Shown here piece after piece: positions 8,826 through 18,301 of a stretch of DNA of 64,000 nucleotides. The stretch is taken from the NCBI GenBank assembly GCA_021299095.1, contig JAJTFW010000007.1:5295-69294 (forward strand), in the 5' to 3' direction. Made by a program: the position numbers and the translations under genes. A model generated the notes under the pieces. The model saw nothing but the letters and a program-made list of their open reading frames with translations, did no database searches and was not told the origin of the DNA. The DNA comes from Sphingobacteriales bacterium (lineage in GTDB: Bacteria; Bacteroidota; Bacteroidia; AKYH767-A; OLB10). Within the stretch, counting starts at the first letter, position 1; every line of letters starts with the position of its first letter.

Positions 8826-9272
8826 TTAGGAAATACGAATACTCTTGCCCTGTTGGATTGGAGCCGGTGAGCGCTTGGGAAGTTCTATCCGTAGCACACC
8901 ATCGGCGTAAGTAGCCTTGATTTTATCTTGGTCTACCCCATCAGGTAAGCCAAAGGACCTGTAAAACGAACTGTAATTGTACTCTTTCCGTGAATAGTCC
9001 TTTTTTTCGGTCGTGCTTTCGTGCTCCTGCTCGGATGAAACCGTAATCATGTCCTCTTCGACATTGATTTTAAAATCTTCCTTTTTCAGTCCGGGGGCTG
9101 CGAGTTCTACTGTGTAGTGATCGGTGTTTTCCGAAATGTTGGCTGAAGGAATGGTTTCGATGAAATCGCGTCCGAAAAAATCCGGCCATTCGCGTTTCAG
9201 AAACGGATCGAAAAGACTTCCGAGGATGGCAGGCTTAATCTTGCCGTTGTTGGATTTGACTATCGTGTTCAT
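8826..9272 (-). CDS. Hsp20/alpha-crystallin family small heat-shock protein
   Basis: Alpha-crystallin domain (YTVELAAPGLKKEDFKI ... ATYADGVLRIELPK). Confidence 0.9.
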   Translation of the reverse strand: MNTIVKSNNGKIKPAILGSLFDPFLKREWPDFFGRDFIETIPSANISENTDHYTVELAAPGLKKEDFKINVEEDMITVSSEQEHESTTEKKDYSRKEYNYSSFYRSFGLPDGVDQDKIKATYADGVLRIELPKRSPAPIQQGKSIRIS

Positions 9273-9351
9273 GGCGTGTATGTGTTTTGATTACGAAAGC
9301 AAAACTACCCCTGCCCTGATGTGAAGAAAATGATCAAATCGACCAATTGGA

Positions 9352-9365
9352 CTGATTTACATCAA
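9352..9365. promoter_or_regulatory. FNR/CRP-like palindrome CTGAT-TTAC-ATCAA upstream of hsp20; a TAGTTTTG -7 box lies at 9300-9307 (minus strand)
   Basis: It matches TTGAT-N4-ATCAA at 9 of 10 positions. A Bacteroidota-type TAnnTTTG box lies about 30 nt upstream of the hsp20 ATG. Confidence 0.35.
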
Positions 9366-9367
9366 GC

Positions 9368-11053
9368 TTAAAACTCGACGAAGGAAATTCGGCTGGTATT
9401 GCCGCATTTATCGGTTACGCTAAGGCTATAAAACTGTGGAAATTCAATCGTTCCCCCTTTGGACCAGGTAATCTCACCGGATTTTGCATCGAAGGCAGAA
9501 CGTAACCAGTGGCCATTCTGTTCAAGGCGCCACGTGCTGATACCGGACAGGGTATCTATGCATGAAAGTCCGCTCATTTCCTGGTGTGAAACCGGATCGG
9601 AAAATGCCGGAAGCCAACTGAGTTTTGGACCAACCGAATCGACCGACCAAGCATACCATCCACTCAATCGGATGAGGGCGATAGGTTCACCTTGCTCATC
9701 ATCACTCTCAGGTATGGCTTCCAACATGTCGCCCATTGGCGTGTCAGCTCGAATCAACACATGTCGGCCGCTTGTAGATTCACGCCGGATGCGCACAGGT
9801 AATAGGGCCCTTGCCGGCGTATGCAAATTGATTGATTTGCCTGGCAGGAATGGGTACCAGTCCGATAGCATATTATCATCCCGTTTTGCACCTAGGGTAT
9901 CCGTAATCGCGAGGGGCTGATACAATGCATCCGCTTTCCATGAAAATCGGCCACCTGCATTTGAGCGGAATTCAAATGCGGAATCGCAGGGTATGATTAA
10001 TTCTGTCGGTACGGAAAAACGATTTGACCGTTGCGATTGACTGCCTACAAAGGTGAGTGCAACGCGAATTGAGTTACCGACCATATCCTCAACCAACAAA
10101 ATGGCGGTATCGGAAACCGACAGTACTCCCTCCCCTGCCAGCTTATATACGCCTGATTTATCGTTGGGCAGTCGATGCAATCGCTCAATGACCAAACTCG
10201 CTCCATTGCCATCAACAAAGCGCTCAATGTGTGCGTTGACGTACCTGGTCTCGTTGAAATCAAAGCGCCCCAAGCGGTACTCGAAAGCTATGCCTTTTGT
10301 GGTGTTCAATCGCGCGTATTGAATACCGAGTCTGGAATCTCCAGCTGGATCAAACGCAGAAAACCCCATGTAAAACGAGGTGTCGTTAACCACAAGTTGA
10401 ATGGTGTCACCGATGTCCGAAATTCGATACAGGGAGTCCAGGTAGAACATCCCCCGCTCCTGTCTGAATATGCCGATTGCGTTCAATACAGGAAACAGGG
10501 TGTCGACCGGCATTAAACCTATGGCTGCCGGATTGAAAGGAATTTGTGTTGATTGTTCGCGCAGTTCGAAATGCAGGTGTGGACCCTCTGAACTGCCAGA
10601 ATTCCCGGCAATGGCAAACACTTCATTTTGGATGTAGCAAAACCTACCTGAATCAGGCTTCAGGTCAACCGCGAAGCTCGAATCGGCCCATTGCGCTGAA
10701 TCCAAGAAATCGGCTAGCGGACCCATCACCTGGTGCAAATGGGCGTAAACACTTGTGTAGCTCGTATCGTGGTTCAAATAAACAGCAAGGCCAAAGCCGG
10801 CTGGCCCCTGCCGAAGTCTTGATACACAGCCTGGGGCAACAGCCCTAACCGGCCATCCGACTTGTCCATTGGTCTTAAAATCGAGGCCGGAGTGGTAGTG
10901 GTTCTTTCGGATTTCGCCGAAACTTCCGGCAAGCCCGGCTGGAGTTTCCAAAGGCCATGAAAAAGGCGCTTGCGCAATAGAGTCCCACGAGGACAATGAC
11001 ATCAGAACAAGGCCAAACAGCCCAAGGAACCGGTAGCCTGTACAGGACTTCAT
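9368..11053 (-). CDS. secreted M23 family metallopeptidase
   Basis: Signal peptide, then HYHSGLDF and GNSGSSEGPHLHFE M23 zinc motifs, then a long C-terminal extension. Confidence 0.8.
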   Translation of the reverse strand: MKSCTGYRFLGLFGLVLMSLSSWDSIAQAPFSWPLETPAGLAGSFGEIRKNHYHSGLDFKTNGQVGWPVRAVAPGCVSRLRQGPAGFGLAVYLNHDTSYTSVYAHLHQVMGPLADFLDSAQWADSSFAVDLKPDSGRFCYIQNEVFAIAGNSGSSEGPHLHFELREQSTQIPFNPAAIGLMPVDTLFPVLNAIGIFRQERGMFYLDSLYRISDIGDTIQLVVNDTSFYMGFSAFDPAGDSRLGIQYARLNTTKGIAFEYRLGRFDFNETRYVNAHIERFVDGNGASLVIERLHRLPNDKSGVYKLAGEGVLSVSDTAILLVEDMVGNSIRVALTFVGSQSQRSNRFSVPTELIIPCDSAFEFRSNAGGRFSWKADALYQPLAITDTLGAKRDDNMLSDWYPFLPGKSINLHTPARALLPVRIRRESTSGRHVLIRADTPMGDMLEAIPESDDEQGEPIALIRLSGWYAWSVDSVGPKLSWLPAFSDPVSHQEMSGLSCIDTLSGISTWRLEQNGHWLRSAFDAKSGEITWSKGGTIEFPQFYSLSVTDKCGNTSRISFVEF

Positions 11054-11139
11054 GGGCGTTAAAAATAGGCAATGCCTCGGTGATGTATTTCTTCATCTTA
11101 TTCAAGTATATTTGTCTCAAGCTTCATTTTCAATCGCTT

Positions 11140-11436
11140 GTGGAAAACACCCGGGACAAGCTAAACCGGCTCAGAAGAACGCTCAAAACTGCCCTGACAG
11201 AATTCCAGCGGCTGCGTGAGCGCCACGACCAGCAACTGCAAAAGCATCAACAGTTACTGGTTGAAAAGCATGCATTGGAAAACGAGTTAAGCCTACTGAA
11301 AGAGCAGGTTAAAACCATTAAATTAGCACAGGCAATTCAAGGTGGTGACGACCAGTCCACCCGTGAATTGAAGAACCAGATTAACAGGTACATCCGTGAG
11401 GTTGACCGGTGTCTGGACCTGATAAAACGCGATTAA
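11140..11436 (+). CDS. coiled-coil protein upstream of zapA (ZapB-like?); start uncertain (GTG 11140 or ATG 11083)
   Basis: Heptad-rich Q/E/K/L sequence that ends 4 nt before zapA. The annotated ORF's N-terminus would overlap the M23 peptidase gene. Confidence 0.45.
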   Translation: MENTRDKLNRLRRTLKTALTEFQRLRERHDQQLQKHQQLLVEKHALENELSLLKEQVKTIKLAQAIQGGDDQSTRELKNQINRYIREVDRCLDLIKRD

Positions 11437-11440
11437 CCAC

Positions 11441-11734
11441 GTGGCCAACCTGAAAAATGTAGCGTTGGAAATTGCCGGAAAGACCTACCCCTTGCGGGTT
11501 GATCCGGCTCAAGAGGCTGATTTGCTCAAGGCGGCAGAGTCGGTTAACCGGAGGCTTCGGGAATACGAAAAGGCCTTTGGTTTGCGTGATGTCAGAGATT
11601 TATTGGCTATGTGTGCTCTGCAGTTTTCAGCAGAACACATCCGAATACAGCGGGACTCAAGCGGAGACGCAGAGAATCTGCAACAGGAATTGGACGAGCT
11701 GCTCGAACTGGCAGCTGCTTTCCGTTCCGAATAA
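11441..11734 (+). CDS. zapA: cell division protein ZapA
   Basis: 97 aa with a ZapA-like N-terminal pattern (IAGKTYPLRVDPAQE...) and a C-terminal helix. GTG start. Confidence 0.7.
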   Translation: MANLKNVALEIAGKTYPLRVDPAQEADLLKAAESVNRRLREYEKAFGLRDVRDLLAMCALQFSAEHIRIQRDSSGDAENLQQELDELLELAAAFRSE

Positions 11735-11776
11735 CGTTCTTACCCATACAGGGTTCGTGACCGAAATGCATGGTCG

Positions 11777-11941
11777 ACGCCCGCATTCGTACTGGTCGAC
11801 GATGTAAACTCAACATCCACACACTAGGAGAAAGACTCAGGCTGCCGAGGGCAAGTCCCGCTTCGTCGGGAAAGCGCAAATCAGCCGGCTGACTCCGACC
11901 CTGTCTATTGGGGTTTACTCGCACAGTACGAATGCGGGCGT
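11777..11941 (+). ncRNA. candidate structured ncRNA, rod-like and about 165 nt (6S RNA-like); strand inferred from context
   Basis: Perfect 18-bp long-range helix (11777-11794 with 11924-11941). It continues inward with gtaaac/gtttac, ggctg/cagcc and an apical cgctt/aagcg hairpin. It lies between zapA and rny, and no credible ORF covers it. Confidence 0.45.
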
Positions 11942-11992
11942 TCTGCTAAACACCCACCTTTAACACTCACTCAACATATATATCTGAACAAC

Positions 11993-13555
11993 ATGGACAT
12001 TACATTCATCATCATAGCTGCGGTGGCGGGACTGCTTATTGGCGGACTCGTTGCCTATATGATGGCCAGGAAGAACAACCAGGCCAGCGTTGCAGCAGCC
12101 GAAGAAAAAGCGAAAGCCATCATCAAGGAAGCCCAGTCGAAAGGCGAAATACTGCTCAAAGACAAAACGATGGAAGCCAAAGAGCGCTTCTACCAGATGA
12201 AGGCTGAACACGAAAAGCACATTTCCGAGAAAGACAAAAACATACAACAGTCTGAAAATCGGATCAAGCAAAAGGAAGGAAACCTGAACCAGCAGATTGA
12301 GCAGAATAAGCGAAAAGCCTCCGAACTCGATACGCAGCAGGAAACCCTGAAATCGCAGCAGGAAAACCTCAATCGCAAACGCGATGAAATCGAAAAGGCC
12401 CATCAGAAACAGGTATCTGCACTGGAGAAAATTGCGGGACTTTCGGCAGAAGACGCCAAGTCGCAACTCATGGAAGCCCTGAAGGCTGAGGCCAAAACCG
12501 GAGCCATGCAGTACATCAAAGAGTCGATGGACGAGGCGAAGCTGACTGCCAATCGGGAGGCTAAAAAAATAGTTATTCAAACCATCCAGCGCGTCGCTAC
12601 AGAGCATGCCATCGAGAACGCTGTTACCGTTTTCCATATCGACAATGACGAAGTGAAGGGCCGGGTTATCGGTCGTGAAGGACGAAATATACGTGCCCTG
12701 GAAGCAGCTACCGGAATTGAAATCATCGTTGACGATACCCCTGAAGCCATCATTCTTTCCGGTTTTGATCCGGTACGACGTGAACTTGCTCGGCTTGCTC
12801 TACACCAACTTGTTTCCGACGGACGTATTCACCCGGCTCGTATCGAAGAAGTTGTTGCGAAAGTGAAGCGCCAGCTCGATGAAGAAATTCTTGAAACCGG
12901 TAAGCGCACTGCCATTGATTTGGGAATTCATGGACTTGCCCCCGAATTGATTCGGATGGTTGGTCGCATGAAGTACCGATCGTCGTACGGACAAAACCTG
13001 CTTCAACATAGTCGTGAGGTCGCAAATCTATGCGCACTGATGGCTGCAGAATTGGGATTGAATACCAAGCTGGCCAAGCGTGCCGGTTTGTTACACGACA
13101 TCGGTAAAGTGGCTGAAGAAGACATGGAACTTCCGCACGCTATTGCCGGAATGAAAATGGCTGAGCGCAACAAGGAGAATGCTGAGGTATGCAATGCGAT
13201 TGGAGCACACCACGACGAAATCGAGATGAACAGCCTTATCTCACCCATCGTTCAGGTCTGTGATGCAATCAGCGGTGCACGTCCTGGCGCAAGGCGTGAA
13301 ATCGTTGAGCAATACATGAAGCGCCTCAAGGAGATGGAGAACCTCGCGCAGGCATACAAGGGTGTTGAAAAAGCATTCGCTATTCAGGCTGGTCGCGAAC
13401 TTCGTGTGATTGTCGAAAGCGAAAAGCTCGATGACAAGCAGACCGAACAACTCTCATTCGATATCGCCAACAAGATCCAGACGGAGATGACGTATCCCGG
13501 CCAGGTGAAGGTTACCGTGATCCGTGAGACCCGGGCGGTGAATTACGCGAAATAA
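11993..13555 (+). CDS. rny: ribonuclease Y
   Basis: N-terminal TM anchor, K/E-rich coiled coil, KH domain ([15 protein letters not shown]) and HD domain (HDIGK...). 520 aa. Confidence 0.95.
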   Translation: MDITFIIIAAVAGLLIGGLVAYMMARKNNQASVAAAEEKAKAIIKEAQSKGEILLKDKTMEAKERFYQMKAEHEKHISEKDKNIQQSENRIKQKEGNLNQQIEQNKRKASELDTQQETLKSQQENLNRKRDEIEKAHQKQVSALEKIAGLSAEDAKSQLMEALKAEAKTGAMQYIKESMDEAKLTANREAKKIVIQTIQRVATEHAIENAVTVFHIDNDEVKGRVIGREGRNIRALEAATGIEIIVDDTPEAIILSGFDPVRRELARLALHQLVSDGRIHPARIEEVVAKVKRQLDEEILETGKRTAIDLGIHGLAPELIRMVGRMKYRSSYGQNLLQHSREVANLCALMAAELGLNTKLAKRAGLLHDIGKVAEEDMELPHAIAGMKMAERNKENAEVCNAIGAHHDEIEMNSLISPIVQVCDAISGARPGARREIVEQYMKRLKEMENLAQAYKGVEKAFAIQAGRELRVIVESEKLDDKQTEQLSFDIANKIQTEMTYPGQVKVTVIRETRAVNYAK

Positions 13556-13600
13556 ATCGCCAGGTCCCCTGGGCCTGCACCTCTCACACCCCGCACGTTC

Positions 13601-14643
13601 ATGCGAATCCTCCGGGTACTCAACAGCACAACAAACCGGAATGTCGCCACCCTGGTAGGAGCCACTGCTCTTGCACAGGTGATTCAGTTGTTGGCCACGC
13701 CCTTTCTTACCCGCATTTATAGTCCTGTTTTTTTCGCTCCTTTTCAGGTTTTCACCTCTCTGGCTTCTGTGTTTGCAGTGGTTGCAGCGGGAATAATTGG
13801 TCGATCCGTAACGGCACCTTTCAACGAAATGTAGCTGCCCGCATTGCCGGGTCTTTGACTCAAGCTTCCGCTGGTCTGATCCTGGGCGGACTGGGCTTTC
13901 TTTCCTCCGGTTTGATGCTGTCCATGATTTCGGCACAGTTCGTTGCTGCTGGATTGCTCATAAGAAATGCCATTGAATCACCCCGAAGGTGGTTTGCGGC
14001 GTTACGATCATCCGAAGGCAAGGTGTTGCTTCGCGAGCACAACAAGTTTCCACGATTCAATACGCCTCACGCTTTATTGGATGTGTTGCAGGATCATGGG
14101 ATCGTTTTCCTGTTTGGTATTTTTTTTCCTGGAAGTCTGCTGGCATTTTACGGTCAGGCTTTCAGATTGCTGAAAGCGCCAGTAGGATTTGTCGGCTCGG
14201 CGATTCATCAGGTCTTTTTTCCAGATTTCACACGGCGTTGGCAAGCCGGCGATGATCTTCGTCCGGTTGTGCGTAAATTTTATCTGACTTTGTTTTTCCT
14301 TGGATTGCCCTTTTTCGGAACACTGGCCTGGTTTTCTGTTCCGGTATTTACGTGGTTTCTGGGTGCTGAATGGTCAGGAGTTGGTGAAGTCGCTGCCATT
14401 CTGATGCCCTGGTTGTTTCTGAATTTCATCGCTTCTCCCCTATCCAGTTTGCCCATCATTGCATCCAGCCAGGGCACTGCAGTTATGCTGGCCTCTCTGG
14501 AGTTTGTTCTGCGATGTGTGGGAGTCGTTCTTGCGGGTATCGCAGACGACAGTCAATTGGCATTAATTTGCCTGAGCAGTATAGGCTGTGCATTCACGTT
14601 GATCAATATGACTTGGTATCTTCGATTGGCGAGGAAATCATGA
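13601..14643 (+). pseudogene. Wzx-type (polysaccharide-synthesis family) flippase, split into two frames (13601-13834 and 13855-14643) and apparently shortened
   Basis: The N-terminal piece (LLATPFLTRIYSP...) and the C-terminal piece (YGQAFRLLKAPVGFVGSAIHQVFFPDF...) match the two ends of PST/Wzx flippases but sit in different frames. The combined length of about 345 aa is shorter than the usual 420-480 aa. Confidence 0.5.
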
Positions 14644-15317
14644 AGGACGCGCTTAAATTACTTGCTGCACTTGTACGACTTCCCGTGCGTAACATTCGAC
14701 TGGATGCCATGCATGAGGAAGGTAAACGAATGTTCGCGAGTTTCACTTCCCTTCATCCCCGTATGCCTGTATTCAGACGTAAAACATGGGGCATTGCACT
14801 AATTGACCTTGATTCGTTAAAGAGTCAGGAGACGTATTATAAATCGGTTAGTGGTAAGAATTCAGCCGCCTATTTCAGCCGAAAAAGCCAGAAAAACGGA
14901 TATGATATTTACGCTTTTGATCCCAACGCACTTCAGAGTGAAATGCTGGAGATTCATCGTTCTGTTGAAATTCGGCAGGGTAAATCGATCGATTCCTCAT
15001 ACTTGAGGCCGATGGCATATCCGGAAAATACGTTCAATACGTATTATGGGATTTTCAAGGATGGAAAACTGGCAGGATATATCTGGGCTATCCGCTCCGG
15101 TGAACTGTTGGTCATTAACCGGATCATGGGACATAAAAATCACCTGGACCAGGGCATCATGTATGCGTTGGTGTTGTACGTGGTTGAGCTTGCTTTTGGC
15201 ATGGATTCAATTCGCTTCGTGATGTATGATACCCTGTTGAATGCATCAGAAGGATTAAAAATGTTCAAGAAAAGGACCGGTTTCATGCCTTACCGGGTTA
15301 AATGGCGTTTGGACTGA
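14640..15317 (+). CDS. GNAT-fold acetyltransferase-like protein (polysaccharide modification?)
   Basis: ATGA start/stop overlap with the flippase remnant. The C-terminal half resembles an acyl-CoA N-acyltransferase fold (GKLAGYIW..., LKMFKKRTGF). Assignment is weak. Confidence 0.4.
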   Translation: MKDALKLLAALVRLPVRNIRLDAMHEEGKRMFASFTSLHPRMPVFRRKTWGIALIDLDSLKSQETYYKSVSGKNSAAYFSRKSQKNGYDIYAFDPNALQSEMLEIHRSVEIRQGKSIDSSYLRPMAYPENTFNTYYGIFKDGKLAGYIWAIRSGELLVINRIMGHKNHLDQGIMYALVLYVVELAFGMDSIRFVMYDTLLNASEGLKMFKKRTGFMPYRVKWRLD

Positions 15318-15320
15318 ACC

Positions 15321-16112
15321 ATGCTTAGGACTATTGCGAATCGCTTTTACGCCGATTACCTCCTACCTGATCGTTTGCATGTACTCGGCACTCTGATCGA
15401 ATCTGCTTTGCAGGTTGGCTACGTGCACAAAACCATCAGTAATCATTTTCTTCAGTTAAGCACTGAGCCTAAAGCGATGAGCGAACTCGTGTTTATTCAT
15501 CGCACCGATGTAGATACCGATTGTGGAACGGCGCGAAAGATGTTCGAGGTGTTTAAGTCATTCGGAATCACAAGCACCTTCTATTTTCGGAGGAGTACCT
15601 TGGATGTCAGGTTGATGCGCGAATTGCACGACTCAGGGTTCGAAGTGGGGTATCATTACGAGGAGATTGCGGATTTCTGCAAGGAATTGCGCACTCTTGA
15701 TCCAATGCGTGTGAGCAACGCGATTCCGGATTTGAAGTTGCGTTTTTTTAAAAACCTGAAATCCATGGAGTCTGCGGCAGGATTTAAATTCACCTCCGTG
15801 GCTTCGCACGGTGATTTTGTAAACCGAAAGCTGGGGATTCCCAATCACACACTGATTGATGCAGATTTGATTTCAGATGCAGGGTTGATTTTGGAAGCAT
15901 ACAATCCCGTTTTGCTTGATTCATTGACTGACTACACGTCTGACTCTGCATTCCCAACTTTTTACAGGGAAGGTCGTTCTCCTTTCGATGCTGTGAAAAG
16001 AGGTTCTGATGGCATTCTATTTTTGTCACACCCCAGGCATTGGCACGCAGCTCCCTGGTTAAATTTCAAGGATACACTAATCCGTCTTAAGGAGGGCTTG
16101 TTGATTCGCTGA
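15321..16112 (+). CDS. polysaccharide deacetylase-like protein
   Basis: The pattern HRTDVDTD...STFYF...GFEVGYHYE resembles NodB-like/deacetylase family proteins found in glycan loci. Confidence 0.4.
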   Translation: MLRTIANRFYADYLLPDRLHVLGTLIESALQVGYVHKTISNHFLQLSTEPKAMSELVFIHRTDVDTDCGTARKMFEVFKSFGITSTFYFRRSTLDVRLMRELHDSGFEVGYHYEEIADFCKELRTLDPMRVSNAIPDLKLRFFKNLKSMESAAGFKFTSVASHGDFVNRKLGIPNHTLIDADLISDAGLILEAYNPVLLDSLTDYTSDSAFPTFYREGRSPFDAVKRGSDGILFLSHPRHWHAAPWLNFKDTLIRLKEGLLIR

Positions 16113-16115
16113 GTG

Positions 16116-17174
16116 ATGAAAAAGGAAGCCAGGTCAGGTAGGATTCGAGTTGCTTTACTGGGAACAGCTAGCGTTCACCTGGTCAATTATGCGGCCCTTG
16201 TGGCGGATGATGTGGAGCTGCATGTGATCAGCTCAGATAAATTGGAGGTACCCACTGCCTCGAGTGTTCAGACGAGCTCCCTTTCATTGCGACCGTTTTA
16301 TGCTGTACCAAGTCGCATTTCCGAATTGAGAAAACGGATTGCTGAAATCAAGCCCGATGTGATCCATGTTCATCAGGCAAATACATGCGCATGGTATGCT
16401 TTACGGGCCGCAGGCCGTGTTCCGGTACTCGTCACGGCTTGGGGAAGCGATGTGTTGGTTCGATCAAATTCGCTTGTGGGCCGTTTGTTGCTCGGGTATA
16501 TTCTTAGGAATGGGGCTGCATTTACCGCAAGCTGCCAGTATATCGTGGATCGCATGCATCAGATTGATGCCATGCGTGGCAAACAGATTGAAGTTGCCAA
16601 TTTTGGAATAGAAGATGATTTTCCAAATGTTCCGAAAGAGCCGATTATCTACTCGAACCGTTACCTAAATCCGCTTTATCGTATTGATTGGATCATTCGT
16701 GACTTTGCGCTGTTTGTTTGCTCGCCCAAAGCCCATGAGTGGAAACTGGTGATTGCAGGTTCTGGAAGCGAAGAAATTCGGCTGAAGGATTTAGTTCAAT
16801 CCCTCGGACTTAAAGATCGTGTGGTATTTACAGGTTGGCTGAAGCCTGCAGAAAACCGTCACCTGTACGCTCGGGCAACTGTGTATGTTGCCCTGCCCGA
16901 GTCCGATTCAACCTCCATTAGCCTGTATGAGGCGATGGCAGCAGGTTGTGTTCCGGTAGTCACTGATCTACCCGCGAACCGAGAGGTCATTCGAGGCGGT
17001 GACAATGGTATTTTGGTTCGGGAATCAGACTCCGGATTCATAGCCCGTGCTGTTTCCATGACAGGCGCTACCTGGCTCGTTGAAAACCGTTTATTGGCAC
17101 TGAAACGGGCAGGTAAGAGCCAAAATCGTGAGCGCTTTTTACGTATTTATGCATCTCTCTGCCATGGACATTGA
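16116..17174 (+). CDS. glycosyltransferase family 4 (GT-B)
   Basis: The C-terminal EX7E-like region (ESDSTSISLYEAMAAGCVPVV) is typical of GT4. Confidence 0.8.
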   Translation: MKKEARSGRIRVALLGTASVHLVNYAALVADDVELHVISSDKLEVPTASSVQTSSLSLRPFYAVPSRISELRKRIAEIKPDVIHVHQANTCAWYALRAAGRVPVLVTAWGSDVLVRSNSLVGRLLLGYILRNGAAFTASCQYIVDRMHQIDAMRGKQIEVANFGIEDDFPNVPKEPIIYSNRYLNPLYRIDWIIRDFALFVCSPKAHEWKLVIAGSGSEEIRLKDLVQSLGLKDRVVFTGWLKPAENRHLYARATVYVALPESDSTSISLYEAMAAGCVPVVTDLPANREVIRGGDNGILVRESDSGFIARAVSMTGATWLVENRLLALKRAGKSQNRERFLRIYASLCHGH

Positions 17175-18285
17175 AATTTGTCACCTAACCAGTGTTCATC
17201 GTCCGGACGACATCCGGATTTTTTTGAAAGAGTGTCGCAGCTTGTCTTCTCAAGGGTACAAGGTTCACCTGGTTTATTTGGCAGAAGAGCCGTTTCAGGG
17301 AGAGGTAGATGGTGTGCAGCTGACCGGAATTAAGCGGACATCCAAGAGCCGGTTTGGTCGTGTTTTGGTAGATGGTAATCAGCTAGTAAAACATGTCTTG
17401 AAGCTGAAGCCTGCGTTGGTACACATGCATGATCCCGAGTTGCTGAGGTTTGTTCCCCAATTGAAGCAGACGGGAATCCGAGTCATTTTTGATGCACACG
17501 AGGACCTTCCACTACAGGTGATGGGAAAACACTACATACCGAAGTTGATTAGAAGGCCCGTTTCCGAACTTGTTTCGGCACTTGAGTCACATTACATTTT
17601 TAAACTGGATGCACTTGTTGCGGCGACTCCATCTATTCAGGATAAGTTTGAAAAGCAAGGTGTTCATACTGTTTGCGTACGGAATTTCCCCCTTTCCGAT
17701 GAACTTGTCTCCGCCGATTCCATGCCCGCCGGTAAACGGGTGCATGAAATCTGTTACATCGGCGGTATCATGCGTTCGCGTGGAATCGTAACCTTGCTCG
17801 ATGCGATTGAACTTTTACCGGTGCGACTGCATTTATGTGGTTCCTATTCGCCTGCCGGCCTTCGTGATGAATTGGTGCAACACCCGGCTTGGGGCAAGGT
17901 GATTGAACACGGTTTCATCAACCGGGAGGGAATCCGTTCCGTGCTCGATACCTGTAGGATTGGAATGGTCACATTGCATCCGCAAGTCAATTACATCGAG
18001 TCCCTTCCAATTAAGCTTTTTGAATACATGTCGGCCGGAATACCAGTCATTGCATCCGATTTTCCACTATGGAGGACCATCATTGGGGATGCTGCGTGTG
18101 GAGTATGTACGAATCCGACCGATGCTTTTGCTGTGGCGGGGGCGATCCGCACACTACTGGAAGATGACGAACTTTGCAGCCGGATGGGTAGCAATGGTCG
18201 TAGGGCAGTTCAAGCTGAGTACAATTGGAATCAGGAAGCGCAACAGTTAATTGGATTATACGAGGAAGTATTAAATAAGACTTGA
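17164..18285 (+). CDS. glycosyltransferase family 4 (GT-B)
   Basis: ICHLTSVHRPDDIRIF N-terminus and a C-terminal ESLPIKLFEYMSAGIPVIASD motif. It overlaps the previous gene by 11 nt. Confidence 0.8.
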   Translation: MDIEICHLTSVHRPDDIRIFLKECRSLSSQGYKVHLVYLAEEPFQGEVDGVQLTGIKRTSKSRFGRVLVDGNQLVKHVLKLKPALVHMHDPELLRFVPQLKQTGIRVIFDAHEDLPLQVMGKHYIPKLIRRPVSELVSALESHYIFKLDALVAATPSIQDKFEKQGVHTVCVRNFPLSDELVSADSMPAGKRVHEICYIGGIMRSRGIVTLLDAIELLPVRLHLCGSYSPAGLRDELVQHPAWGKVIEHGFINREGIRSVLDTCRIGMVTLHPQVNYIESLPIKLFEYMSAGIPVIASDFPLWRTIIGDAACGVCTNPTDAFAVAGAIRTLLEDDELCSRMGSNGRRAVQAEYNWNQEAQQLIGLYEEVLNKT

Positions 18286-18301
18286 GCACGCAATCAGATT
18301 T

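Noticed and set aside
10996-11139. N-terminal extension of the coiled-coil ORF that overlaps the M23 peptidase start.
   Set aside because: The extension overlaps the M23 peptidase gene on the opposite strand and has no coiled-coil character. An internal GTG (11140) or ATG (11083) start is more plausible.
11960-12637. A 225-aa ORF antisense to the 5' part of rny.
   Set aside because: It mirrors the K/E/Q-rich coiled-coil region of RNase Y, which gives an F/L-rich antisense translation. It is not a credible protein.
13454-13936. A 160-aa minus-strand ORF spanning the rny 3' end and the flippase remnant.
   Set aside because: It is Arg/Cys/His-rich and low-complexity, overlaps two plus-strand coding regions, and has no plausible start context.
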